The translations under genes and the position numbers were made by a program. A DNA stretch of 64,000 nt, taken from the NCBI GenBank assembly GCA_965199955.1, contig CBDATQ010000002.1, positions 128,001-192,000 of the forward strand, written 5' to 3'. Origin of the DNA: Spirochaetia bacterium (GTDB lineage Bacteria > Spirochaetota > Spirochaetia > SZUA-6 > Bin103). The notes below the pieces were generated by a model. It was given only the letters and a program-made list of their open reading frames with translations, searched no databases and was not told the DNA's origin. This document shows positions 30,965 through 39,542 of this stretch, piece by piece (position 1 is the first letter of the stretch; the number at the start of each line of letters is the position of its first letter).

Positions 30965-30988
30965 GTCAGAGAGTGGCTAGGCCGGAGA

Positions 30989-31022
30989 GCTTGGGGAGAG
31001 ACGCTCCGGTCTCTCCCCAAGC
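30989..31022 (-). terminator. Intergenic hairpin after SBP gene
   Basis: GCTTGGGGAGAGAC-gctccg-GTCTCTCCCCAAGC, perfect 14-bp stem. Confidence 0.65.
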
Positions 31023-31053
31023 GATGACGTGCAACAGACGCCGTTGGAAGACG

Positions 31054-32943
31054 TCAGGACTTGATGTAGAACTGCTCCGGATGAGCTGACGACTCGCCCT
31101 TGAGATTGATGCCGGTCGACGGCACGTTCCCCATCCTGTTGTGGACGACGAAAGGCACGGGAAAGCCCGACGTAACCGCGATTTCCGGGGTGACCTCGGT
31201 GGCGACGTACGTCAGGAACTCCTTGAGCTTCTGCGTGTATCTTTCCGGATCCTGCTGACCCAGAAACTCCTGCTCCATCTCCCAGGCTTTCAGGTACTCA
31301 GGCGGCGGATCGTCCAGCCGGCTGCCCATGTGCGTCTCCGGGTTGAAGGCGTTGCCCAGGAACACGTACGGCAGGAAGACCTGCATGGATGGCCCCCAGT
31401 TGGAGTACATCTGCACCTCGCCGGACGTCCGGTTCTCGAAGATGACGGATGCCTGCACGACCTCCATCCTCACGTCGAGGCCGATGTCCTGCCAGTACTT
31501 CACGGCCATCTCTCCCAGCGGCAGGTTGGGCCGCAGGTTGCTGGCGTTGTTGAGGATGATGGTGACCTTGTCGCCCTCCGGATACTCGACGAACCCGTCT
31601 CCATCGCTGTCCTTCAAGCCCAGCCCTGCCAGCAGCTCTCGTGCGCGGTCAGGCTCGTAGCCGCCCCACATCTCCATCGCCGGATCGTGGAAGAACGACT
31701 CGGAGCTCAGGGTCGTGCCGGACGCTTCGGCGAGTCCGAAGTACAGGGTGTCGTTCACTTCCTCGCGGTTTATCGCCAGGGACATCGCCCGCCGGAAGTC
31801 CACCTCACGCACATACTTCGCGAGCTGCGGATTTCCCTCCGGCTCGATGTTCAACAGGTAGTAGCCTTGCGAAGCTCCGCCCTTCCAGATGCTCACCTTG
31901 TAGTCGCCACGCTCCTCGTTCTCCTTGAGGACCTGGTAGCCTGAGAGATCGGTGTAGTGCGTGGACTGGACGTCGACCTCGCCGCGGAACGTGCTGAGCA
32001 CGCCGGCCTCCACGCTGGAGAACAGCCGGATGCGGATGTGGTCGATGTAGGGAAGCTGGTTGCCGGCGGGATCGACGACCGGGTAGTAGGGGTTGCGGGT
32101 GGCGAGGATGCCGTCCACCTCATCGGTGCTGGTGTAGACCCACGCGCCGAGCTGAGGGAGCTCGGAATGCTTGATGAAGCCGGTGGTGTGGGTTCCGCCC
32201 GAGCTGCCGCCGAGCAGCAACCGGTCGATCAGGTCCTCCCACGTCGCGTCGGAATTGTGTTCGGGATGGAACTGCTCGTAGTAGTGTTTGGCGTGCACCA
32301 TTTCGTAGATCGTCACGAGCGTGTGCATGCGCGGGTTGGGAGAGTTGCTGGTGTACTTGACCGCGTTGTCGCCGACCTTCTCGGCCGTCATGTTGGCGCC
32401 GCCGTGAATGGTGGCCCAGTGTCCGGGAGGATTCCAGACGTTGGGATTGGTGGAGATCGCGTTCCAGCTCCAGACGATGTCATCCACGGTGAAGGGGTGA
32501 CCGTCCGACCACTTCAGCCCTTCGCGCAGCCAGCAGGTGACCTCGGTGTAGTCGTCGTTGTACTCGTAGCGCTCGAAGTGGTACGGCTCGTGTCCGGTGA
32601 AGAACATCCCGTTCTCCAGGTACGAGTTGATGTCGAACGGAGTGTCGAAGCCGTAGCCGCCCATCTCCGTGTTGAACACGTAGCCATACAGGGTGAAAAA
32701 GGCGTTCCGCAGGTTGGTGTCCCACTTGTTCAGGGTGCCGCCGTAGGTGCCGATCTCGGAATGGACTTGGCGGACGAACGGGTTCGCCGGCAGTCGTTCT
32801 TCGACCGGCGGCAAATCGCCGGCGGCAACCATCTCGGCAAGCATGGGCGCCTCGTTGTATTGCTGCGCCCAAGCCGGCAGCGCCGCCATCATGATGGCCA
32901 ACGCCAGCGCAAGCGCGAATCTGGAAGCGGATATTCGCTTCAT
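31054..32943 (-). CDS. Family-5 ABC substrate-binding protein
   Basis: Signal peptide ending AWA; EAPMLA, LPPVEERLP, LREGLKWSDGHPFT, RNPYY..GNQLPY. Confidence 0.92.
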   Translation of the reverse strand: MKRISASRFALALALAIMMAALPAWAQQYNEAPMLAEMVAAGDLPPVEERLPANPFVRQVHSEIGTYGGTLNKWDTNLRNAFFTLYGYVFNTEMGGYGFDTPFDINSYLENGMFFTGHEPYHFERYEYNDDYTEVTCWLREGLKWSDGHPFTVDDIVWSWNAISTNPNVWNPPGHWATIHGGANMTAEKVGDNAVKYTSNSPNPRMHTLVTIYEMVHAKHYYEQFHPEHNSDATWEDLIDRLLLGGSSGGTHTTGFIKHSELPQLGAWVYTSTDEVDGILATRNPYYPVVDPAGNQLPYIDHIRIRLFSSVEAGVLSTFRGEVDVQSTHYTDLSGYQVLKENEERGDYKVSIWKGGASQGYYLLNIEPEGNPQLAKYVREVDFRRAMSLAINREEVNDTLYFGLAEASGTTLSSESFFHDPAMEMWGGYEPDRARELLAGLGLKDSDGDGFVEYPEGDKVTIILNNASNLRPNLPLGEMAVKYWQDIGLDVRMEVVQASVIFENRTSGEVQMYSNWGPSMQVFLPYVFLGNAFNPETHMGSRLDDPPPEYLKAWEMEQEFLGQQDPERYTQKLKEFLTYVATEVTPEIAVTSGFPVPFVVHNRMGNVPSTGINLKGESSAHPEQFYIKS

Positions 32944-33161
32944 CTCTGCTCCTTCCTGTTTCGTGAAGTGGCGAAAACCGTAAGTGTTACGTCCCGATGC
33001 TTACGGTTACCTCGGTCGTTTGACGGAATGCCGATGTGTTCCTAAACCTTGCCTGGGATGTCTCCTCCTGAGCGTTGAAGAGACAGTACGCCGCCGACGC
33101 GAGAGAGTGCGAAAGAGTTGGTTGGCGGTAGTGTGCTGCCTCCGAGATGATGTGACTGCAG

Positions 33162-33190
33162 AGCGTATCGTCGGCCTGGATAGGGGTCAA
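33162..33190 (-). promoter_or_regulatory. Putative sigma70 promoter of the second ABC operon
   Basis: TTGACC-17 nt-TACGCT on the minus strand. Confidence 0.5.
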
Positions 33191-33260
33191 GGACGCCGGG
33201 CCGCGGCGTTGCCGTGGCCGGGTCCGTCGCGTCAGCTCCAGGTCGCCATCTCGGCCCGGA

Positions 33261-33424
33261 GCCCGGCCGGAAGCGACCACCTCGTGCAGCGCGTGCAACG
33301 TCTCGTCGAGCGGCACCTCGTCGTCCCAGTGATGGACCATGTACACCGCCACCCGGTCGAGCTGCAGGCGTTCCAGGCTCTGGGCGATGACCTGCTCGAT
33401 GTTGCTCGGACCGCAGGATGCGCT
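33261..33424 (-). pseudogene. Aldo/keto reductase internal fragment
   Basis: NIEQVIAQSLERLQLDRVAVYMVHHWDDEVPLDETLHALHEVVASGRA matches the AKR core; no N- or C-terminal parts. Confidence 0.75.
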
Positions 33425-33459
33425 CCGACGGGACGAACGCCCCGATCCGCTGCCGCCAT

Positions 33460-33551
33460 CGTCGCCTACGGCTCCGCTATTGGCCCATCCCCACCTTCCT
33501 CGGAGTCCGTCGGATGTGTCGCTAGCGCGCCACATGCGACAGACTCCGAGG
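33460..33551. repeat. Dispersed palindromic element, copy 1
   Basis: CGTCGCCTACGGCTCCGCTATTGGCCCATCCCCACCTT followed by hairpin CCTCGGAGTCCGTCGGATGTG...CACATGCGACAGACTCCGAGG. Confidence 0.75.
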
Positions 33552-33621
33552 CCGTTGAAGGGCCGCCGGAATGATGGGTATCGTCGCCGGACCGATGGCT
33601 TCGAAGGTTGCGGAGATCAGG

Positions 33622-35232
33622 ATGGCATTCGAGAAGGTCGTGGCGGGCGGATCGGTGATCGACGGCACCGGTGCGGCGGCGTACCGGGCTGACGTGGCGA
33701 TCGCGGACGGGCGAATTGCGGCGGTCGGCGACCTGTCGGCAGCCGAGCGCGGCGAGACGATCGACGCCAGCGGCCAGGTGGTCTGTCCGGGCTTCATCGA
33801 CATGCGCGCCCACTCGGACGTCTCCATGCTCGACGACCCCGGCGGCGAGTCCAAGGCCTACCAGGGCGTCACCACCGAGGTGGTCGGCAACTGCGGGTCT
33901 TCGGCGTTTCCGGCCGGGCTGCTGACCCCGGCGGAGTTGCAGGAGATCGCCCCCGTGCAGGTCGTCGAAGGCAGCGCCGTCCGCTACGCGTGGAGGGACT
34001 TCGACGGCTGGGCGGAGGCGCTCGAAGGCAGCGGCGTCAGCCTGAACGTGGTGGGGCAGATCGGCCACAGCACCCTCCGGCAGGCGGCGAAGGCCACGGA
34101 GGCCCGGCCGGCGAACGATCAGGAGCTGGCGTTGATGAAGCGCCTGCTGGCCGAGGCGGTGGAGCAGGGGGCGGTCGCGCTGACCACTCAGCTCACCGGT
34201 CCGCCGGCGTCGGCGGCGCCGGCCGGCGAGATCGCGGCGCTCGCGGCGGAAGCCCACCGGTTCCCCGGCGCCTTCTACGCCACGCATGCGCGGCTCCACT
34301 CAGGCAATCACTTCAACGCCGTGGACGAGGCGATCGAGATCGGTGAGCTCACCGGCATTCCCGTCCAGTACTCCCACATCGCGCTGATCGACAGCCGTCA
34401 CCACGGCGAAGGCGGCGAGATGGTGCGGCGCATGGTGGCGGCGCGGGAGCGGGGCGTGGACGTGCTCTACGACGTCTATCCCTATACCGCCGGAGCCTGC
34501 GGGATCAGCGGGGTGCTGCCGCTCTGGGCGCAGGAGGACGGGCCGGCGGCGGTCCAGCGCCGGCTGGCCGACCCGGACACCTGTGCCCGCATGGCGGAGG
34601 AGGTCGCCCGCGGGTTCTGGGGAGGCGTGCCGCTGCCTTGGAACAAGTACGTGATCACCGTGGCGAACCGGGACTCGACGCGCTGGATGGTCGGCAAGGT
34701 GTGGACGGAGATCGCAGCCCGGCGTGGCGAGGCCCCGGTGGAGGCGGTCCTGTCGGTGGCCCGCGAGGACCCCTGGCTGGAGGGCGTGGTGCACATCCGC
34801 TCGGAAGACGACGTGCGCTACTTCCTCGGCCATCCGCTGGCGATGATCGGCTCCGACGGAAAGGCGGTGTCGCCCGACGGCGTGTGGGGAGCCGGCTCGC
34901 CGCATCCGCGCGTCTACGGCTGCTACCCGCGGGTGCTCGGCCGCTACGTGCGCGAGCTCGGGGTGCTGACGCTGGAGGACGCCGTGCACAAGATGACCGG
35001 CGCGGTGGCCGACCGGCTGCATATGGAGAGCCGCGGGCGGATCGCCGCGGGCAAGGCGGCCGACGTGGCCGTTTTCGATCCGGACACCGTCATCGACAAC
35101 GCGACCTGGGAGGACCCGCACCGTTATCCGGACGGCATCGGCCACGTCCTGGTGAACGGCGAGTCGGTGATCCGCGACGGCGTCCACACCCACGCCCGCC
35201 CGGGGCGGGTGCTGCGCCGTGGCGCCGAGTAG
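33622..35232 (+). CDS. N-acyl-D-amino-acid deacylase (D-aminoacylase)
   Basis: IDGTG, PGFID, GVTTEVVGNCG, YATH, YSH, YPY, IGSDG, HPRVYG. Confidence 0.9.
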   Translation: MAFEKVVAGGSVIDGTGAAAYRADVAIADGRIAAVGDLSAAERGETIDASGQVVCPGFIDMRAHSDVSMLDDPGGESKAYQGVTTEVVGNCGSSAFPAGLLTPAELQEIAPVQVVEGSAVRYAWRDFDGWAEALEGSGVSLNVVGQIGHSTLRQAAKATEARPANDQELALMKRLLAEAVEQGAVALTTQLTGPPASAAPAGEIAALAAEAHRFPGAFYATHARLHSGNHFNAVDEAIEIGELTGIPVQYSHIALIDSRHHGEGGEMVRRMVAARERGVDVLYDVYPYTAGACGISGVLPLWAQEDGPAAVQRRLADPDTCARMAEEVARGFWGGVPLPWNKYVITVANRDSTRWMVGKVWTEIAARRGEAPVEAVLSVAREDPWLEGVVHIRSEDDVRYFLGHPLAMIGSDGKAVSPDGVWGAGSPHPRVYGCYPRVLGRYVRELGVLTLEDAVHKMTGAVADRLHMESRGRIAAGKAADVAVFDPDTVIDNATWEDPHRYPDGIGHVLVNGESVIRDGVHTHARPGRVLRRGAE

Positions 35233-35294
35233 CCACGGCGCTGCCATGCCCGCGGTCCGCGGGTCCTGAGTGCGGCGTGAAGGAGTAGTCGAGG

Positions 35295-37058
35295 ATGGCC
35301 ACGGAGTTGCACCTGCGCCGGTACGGCGCCACCCCGAATGCCGGCGCCAACAGCATCGAGTCGTTTCGTCGGCTCGCCGCCGATGCTTCCGGGCGCGAGG
35401 ACGTGACCGTGCTGCTCGGGGGCGGCACCTACCTGCTGGGAGACGCGGGCGGCATGGCCGAGTTCGAGCGCCTCATGCACTCGGCGCTGCCTGGCATGAA
35501 CTGGGCCGATCCGCCCGACTACGCCGCCTATCCGTTCGGGACCGCGATGTTCTTCGACTCGTGCCGGAACCTCACCGTCGACGGCGAGGGGGCCGTCCTG
35601 GTGATGCGTGGCTTCACCCGGCCCGCCCGCTTCGCCAACTGCACCGGGGTGCTGACGGTACGCAACCTGACGATCGACTGGGACCGCCCCTTCTACTCGA
35701 TCGGCGAGATCCTGAACGCGCGGCCCGCGGCCGCCGGCGAGGAGGGCGGATACCTCGACGTGCGCGTGTTCGACGAGTTCCCGGTGTCCGGGGGCGAGCC
35801 CGTGCACATCTTCCAGGAGTACGAGCCCGGCACCTTGCGGCCCATGCGGCGCGAGTTCATGGGCCTGGACTCAAGCGAGCTCGTCGCCCCGCAGACCCTG
35901 CGCCTCAACATGAAACGGGGATTCCAGGTGGATCCCGGCAACTCGGTCTGCCTGCGCCACCCCCACTACTGCTTCAACAACCTGGATTTCTCCCACAACG
36001 AACAGATCGTCCTTACCGACGTCACCGTTCACGGCAGCGGAGGCTTCGCCTTTGGCGGCAGCCACAACCGTGACGTCACCGCCACCCGCGTGCGCATCGT
36101 CCCGCGGCCCGGGACCATGCGGATGATGTCCAGCAACCACGACGGCATGAGCTTCAGCGCCGGCCGCGGCACGGTCACGTACGAAAGCTGCGCGTTCGAG
36201 GGAATGGGCGACGACTGCGCCGGAGCCTCGGGCGACTCCGGGCGCCATGCCTACGTGCGGGAGGTGCTCGACGCGCACACGCTGGTGGCGTACTTCAAGG
36301 ACTACCACCACGTGCAGGTGTCGGGAAATTCCCACTGTCCTCTCCCGGGTGAGGATCTGTTGTTCACCGACCTGGAGGGCTTGAACCTCGACTACTGGAA
36401 CGGGACGGTCCAGGCCTCCTCGCTCGATCCTGGCACCGGAGTGATGAGGATCACCCTTGCCGAACGCATCCCGGACACGGTGGCACCGGGCCATGTCTTC
36501 AACAACACCAGTTACTCGTACCGGCTGCGCTACGACGGATGCTACTTCGGTCCCAATCGAAGCCGGGGCGCCATCACGTCGACCAGCGACGTCCTGGTCG
36601 AGAACTGCCGCTTCGATCGGTCCGGGGGCACCGCCACGTATGTCTCCACCGAGCTGTACTGGGAGGTGAGCCGCGGCCGGCGCAACATCACGATCCGCAA
36701 CAACACCTACCACGACTGCGGCAAGGCGGCCGGCAACATGGGGAGCCACGCCATCGCGGTCGACGCCACCGGCTTCCGCCTGTATGGCCACGAGGACGAC
36801 TTCGGCCCGGCGGGCTTCCACCGCAACGTCCTGATCGAGGGCAACACCATCGCCGGTGACGGCGTGGCCATCAGCCTCTGCTCTGCGGAGGACGTGGTGG
36901 TGCGCGACAACCGCATCGAAGGAACGAATCCGGCGATTGCCCTGCACAACTGCCGCAACGTCCGGATGGAGGGGAACACCCTGCCGGCGGGCGCCGGCGC
37001 CGCCGAGGCGGTGCTGATCGGCAGCGGCTGCGACCGGCGAACCGTGACCATCACCTGA
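35295..37058 (+). CDS. Parallel beta-helix protein, alpha-1,3-galactosidase (GH110)-like
   Basis: NLTVDGEG, IDWDRP, SNHDG, EGMGDD, NRSRG, RNITIRNN. Confidence 0.7.
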   Translation: MATELHLRRYGATPNAGANSIESFRRLAADASGREDVTVLLGGGTYLLGDAGGMAEFERLMHSALPGMNWADPPDYAAYPFGTAMFFDSCRNLTVDGEGAVLVMRGFTRPARFANCTGVLTVRNLTIDWDRPFYSIGEILNARPAAAGEEGGYLDVRVFDEFPVSGGEPVHIFQEYEPGTLRPMRREFMGLDSSELVAPQTLRLNMKRGFQVDPGNSVCLRHPHYCFNNLDFSHNEQIVLTDVTVHGSGGFAFGGSHNRDVTATRVRIVPRPGTMRMMSSNHDGMSFSAGRGTVTYESCAFEGMGDDCAGASGDSGRHAYVREVLDAHTLVAYFKDYHHVQVSGNSHCPLPGEDLLFTDLEGLNLDYWNGTVQASSLDPGTGVMRITLAERIPDTVAPGHVFNNTSYSYRLRYDGCYFGPNRSRGAITSTSDVLVENCRFDRSGGTATYVSTELYWEVSRGRRNITIRNNTYHDCGKAAGNMGSHAIAVDATGFRLYGHEDDFGPAGFHRNVLIEGNTIAGDGVAISLCSAEDVVVRDNRIEGTNPAIALHNCRNVRMEGNTLPAGAGAAEAVLIGSGCDRRTVTIT

Positions 37059-37175
37059 CGTGGCTGATGGGTCCCGCGGGGGTTGGCGGCGAGCGACGGG
37101 GCGGTCTCTCGCCGCACCGTCACAGGCTTGCCTGGTGGTGCGGGAGTGACGATCTTGTGGACCCGTGTTCTACGT

Positions 37176-37259
37176 TGCCCGGAAGAGGACTCGAACCTCC
37201 ACAGCCTTGCGGCCACTAGACCCTGAACCTAGCGTGTCTACCAATTTCACCATCCGGGC
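37176..37259 (-). tRNA. tRNA-Leu(CAG)
   Basis: GCCCGGATGGTGAAATTGGTAGACACG CTAGG-TTCAGGG-TCTAG, long variable arm, GGTTCGAGTCC; CCA not encoded. Confidence 0.95.
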
Positions 37260-37448
37260 CGGGACCGCAGGGTAGGAAGTGAACCGCCTCGATGTCAACG
37301 GTGCGCAGGCCGCCGCGGCGACTCGACGCCGAGCGCTGGCATGCGGTAGCCTCCGTGGCTCGACGGTGCCGGGACCGGCTCCGCCGGACGACACGTCGGG
37401 CGAATCCAGATACAGCAGTCGCAGGGACATACCTCGCAAGGGAGCAGC

Positions 37449-38852
37449 ATGATCGGGATCGGACTCGATTTTGGCACCACCAACAGCACGCTCGCCGTCT
37501 GGGAGGCGGACCGCATCACCTATATCGATCTGGACGCGGCGGCGGCCAACCCCAAGATCATGCCTTCGGCGCTGTATCTGGACCGCTCCATGGGGCGCTC
37601 GGTGGGTACTGCGGCGATCGACCGTTACCTCGGCGACAACCGCGGGCGGATCGTCCGCCTGAAGCGGGTCAAGGTGGGCCAGATCGCCATGACCTTCAGC
37701 ACGACCGACTCGCAGCGCGCAGGCCACGGACGCGGCGACACCACGCGCGTCCATCAGGTGTCGGGCTATGACGACACCGAGCTGCCCGGGCGGCTGTTCC
37801 GGGGACTGAAGAGCTTCCTCGGCGTGGCCGAGCAGAGCCGCTTCAAGGTGTTTCACCGCAGTTTTCACATCGTGGCCCTGGTCACGCTCATCTTGGCCGA
37901 GATCCGCTCGGTCCTGGAGCCGGCCGGGTACGATGTCGGCCGCGGCATCCACATCGGCCGTCCGGTGCGCTACGTAGGCGGCAACGGCGCCAACGACGTC
38001 GCCGTGAAGCGGATGACCACCGCCTGCCAGAACGCCGGCTTCGACGATGTGGTGTTCTACCCGGAACCGGTTGCGGCAGGCTTGAGCTATCTGCGGACGG
38101 CTTCCGCGCAGCCCGAACACCTGCTCACCTTCGACTTCGGCGGCGGCACGCTCGACCTGTGCCTGCTGTCGACGCGCAACGGCGGCTTCGAGGTGGTCGC
38201 CACCCGCGGGCTGCCGATCGGCGGCAATCACATCGACCAGCAGATCATGCGCAACGTCATCTTCCCGGAGCTCGGCGAGGGGTGCGCGGTGAAGAGCTCA
38301 CTGTCGCGGGCGGAGCCCGATTCGGTGTTCCCGTTCTACCGCTACCAGGACTACCTGCTGAACTGGCAGACCTCCTACATGTCGAACCGCCCGGAGCTCA
38401 TGGAGAGCATTCTCGCCGGCATCCAGTCCGGTCCCGACGCGCGTCGCAGGCTGACCCGGCTCTGGAAGTTGATCCGCGGCAACGCCGTGTACGCCTTGCT
38501 GAGCGCCACCGAGGCCGCCAAGGCGGAGCTGTCCGAGCTGGAGGAGACGGAGATCCGCCTTGACGAGGTCGACCTTCGCCTGCCGTTCGATCGCACCCGC
38601 CTCGAGCGGGTGCTGGAGCCGACGATGGAACGGGTCGATGCAACCGCCCGGGCGCTGCTCGCCGATGCCGGTATCGATGCCGATGACGTCGACCAGGTCG
38701 TCTGCACGGGCGGATCTTCTCAGCTCGTGCCGGTGCAGCGCTGGCTGGCCGAGGTCTTTCCCGGCCGGGTGGAGGACTTCGACTACTACCGAAGCATCGC
38801 CGGCGGGCTGGCGATCGCCAACGCGTGCGAGAGGGAGCTGGCGGCCGTTTAG
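37449..38852 (+). CDS. Hsp70-family protein (YegD-like)
   Basis: GLDFGTTNS, EPVAA, DFGGGTLD, TGGSS; no peptide-binding domain. Confidence 0.88.
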   Translation: MIGIGLDFGTTNSTLAVWEADRITYIDLDAAAANPKIMPSALYLDRSMGRSVGTAAIDRYLGDNRGRIVRLKRVKVGQIAMTFSTTDSQRAGHGRGDTTRVHQVSGYDDTELPGRLFRGLKSFLGVAEQSRFKVFHRSFHIVALVTLILAEIRSVLEPAGYDVGRGIHIGRPVRYVGGNGANDVAVKRMTTACQNAGFDDVVFYPEPVAAGLSYLRTASAQPEHLLTFDFGGGTLDLCLLSTRNGGFEVVATRGLPIGGNHIDQQIMRNVIFPELGEGCAVKSSLSRAEPDSVFPFYRYQDYLLNWQTSYMSNRPELMESILAGIQSGPDARRRLTRLWKLIRGNAVYALLSATEAAKAELSELEETEIRLDEVDLRLPFDRTRLERVLEPTMERVDATARALLADAGIDADDVDQVVCTGGSSQLVPVQRWLAEVFPGRVEDFDYYRSIAGGLAIANACERELAAV

Positions 38853-38854
38853 CT

Positions 38855-39406
38855 TCAGCGGTCGCGGTCGGGCGCGGACTCGTCGGCTTCCTCCGCGGCC
38901 TCGGCGGCGGCCTCCGCCCGCAGGAAGTCGGTCACGTTGCGGTGGCCGCCCAGGTCAAGCTCCTCGAAATCGGTGCGTGCGCGCACGGCGTTCAGGATCG
39001 CCTCGAACGACTCGAACTCGTCGGAGAGCTCGACGAGCTGATCCTGGTCGGCCCGGTAGAGGAAGATGCTGCGGCGCCGCTTGTTGGTGGCAAGCCCGGC
39101 GCGGGTCAGTTCCGTCCAACGCACGACGGCCTGCTCCTCGCCCATGAAGTCCAGCTCGATCCGGTCATCGAACAGCCGCAGCCTGTTGCGGGACTGCTTC
39201 AACAGGTAGCGGAGCACGCGGTAGCCGATCAGGCCGACCGGCGCGACGCCGATCAGAACCGGCCAGGCCTCGGCCAGCAGGGCGACGGCCACGATGATCG
39301 CGATCAGACCCGGAGGCAGCAGCAGCGGCACCAGGGCGCGCGGATTGGAGCGAAGCGTGATGCGCGACTGCAGGAGCGCTGCTTCGTTCGCGGGCACGGC
39401 GTCCAT
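38855..39406 (-). CDS. Hypothetical membrane protein
   Basis: Two N-terminal hydrophobic segments followed by a soluble domain. Confidence 0.6.
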   Translation of the reverse strand: MDAVPANEAALLQSRITLRSNPRALVPLLLPPGLIAIIVAVALLAEAWPVLIGVAPVGLIGYRVLRYLLKQSRNRLRLFDDRIELDFMGEEQAVVRWTELTRAGLATNKRRRSIFLYRADQDQLVELSDEFESFEAILNAVRARTDFEELDLGGHRNVTDFLRAEAAAEAAEEADESAPDRDR

Positions 39407-39542
39407 CTTAGGGGCGCGGCGAGCCTGAAGGGAAGGTCAGGCGGAGATCCGGGGGTGAGTGCCGCTTCGCTATGATAGTGCTATACTTGAAGTAGCGTTG
39501 CCGCGGCGCGGCGCTGCCAAACCCCTTCCGCAAGGACATTCG

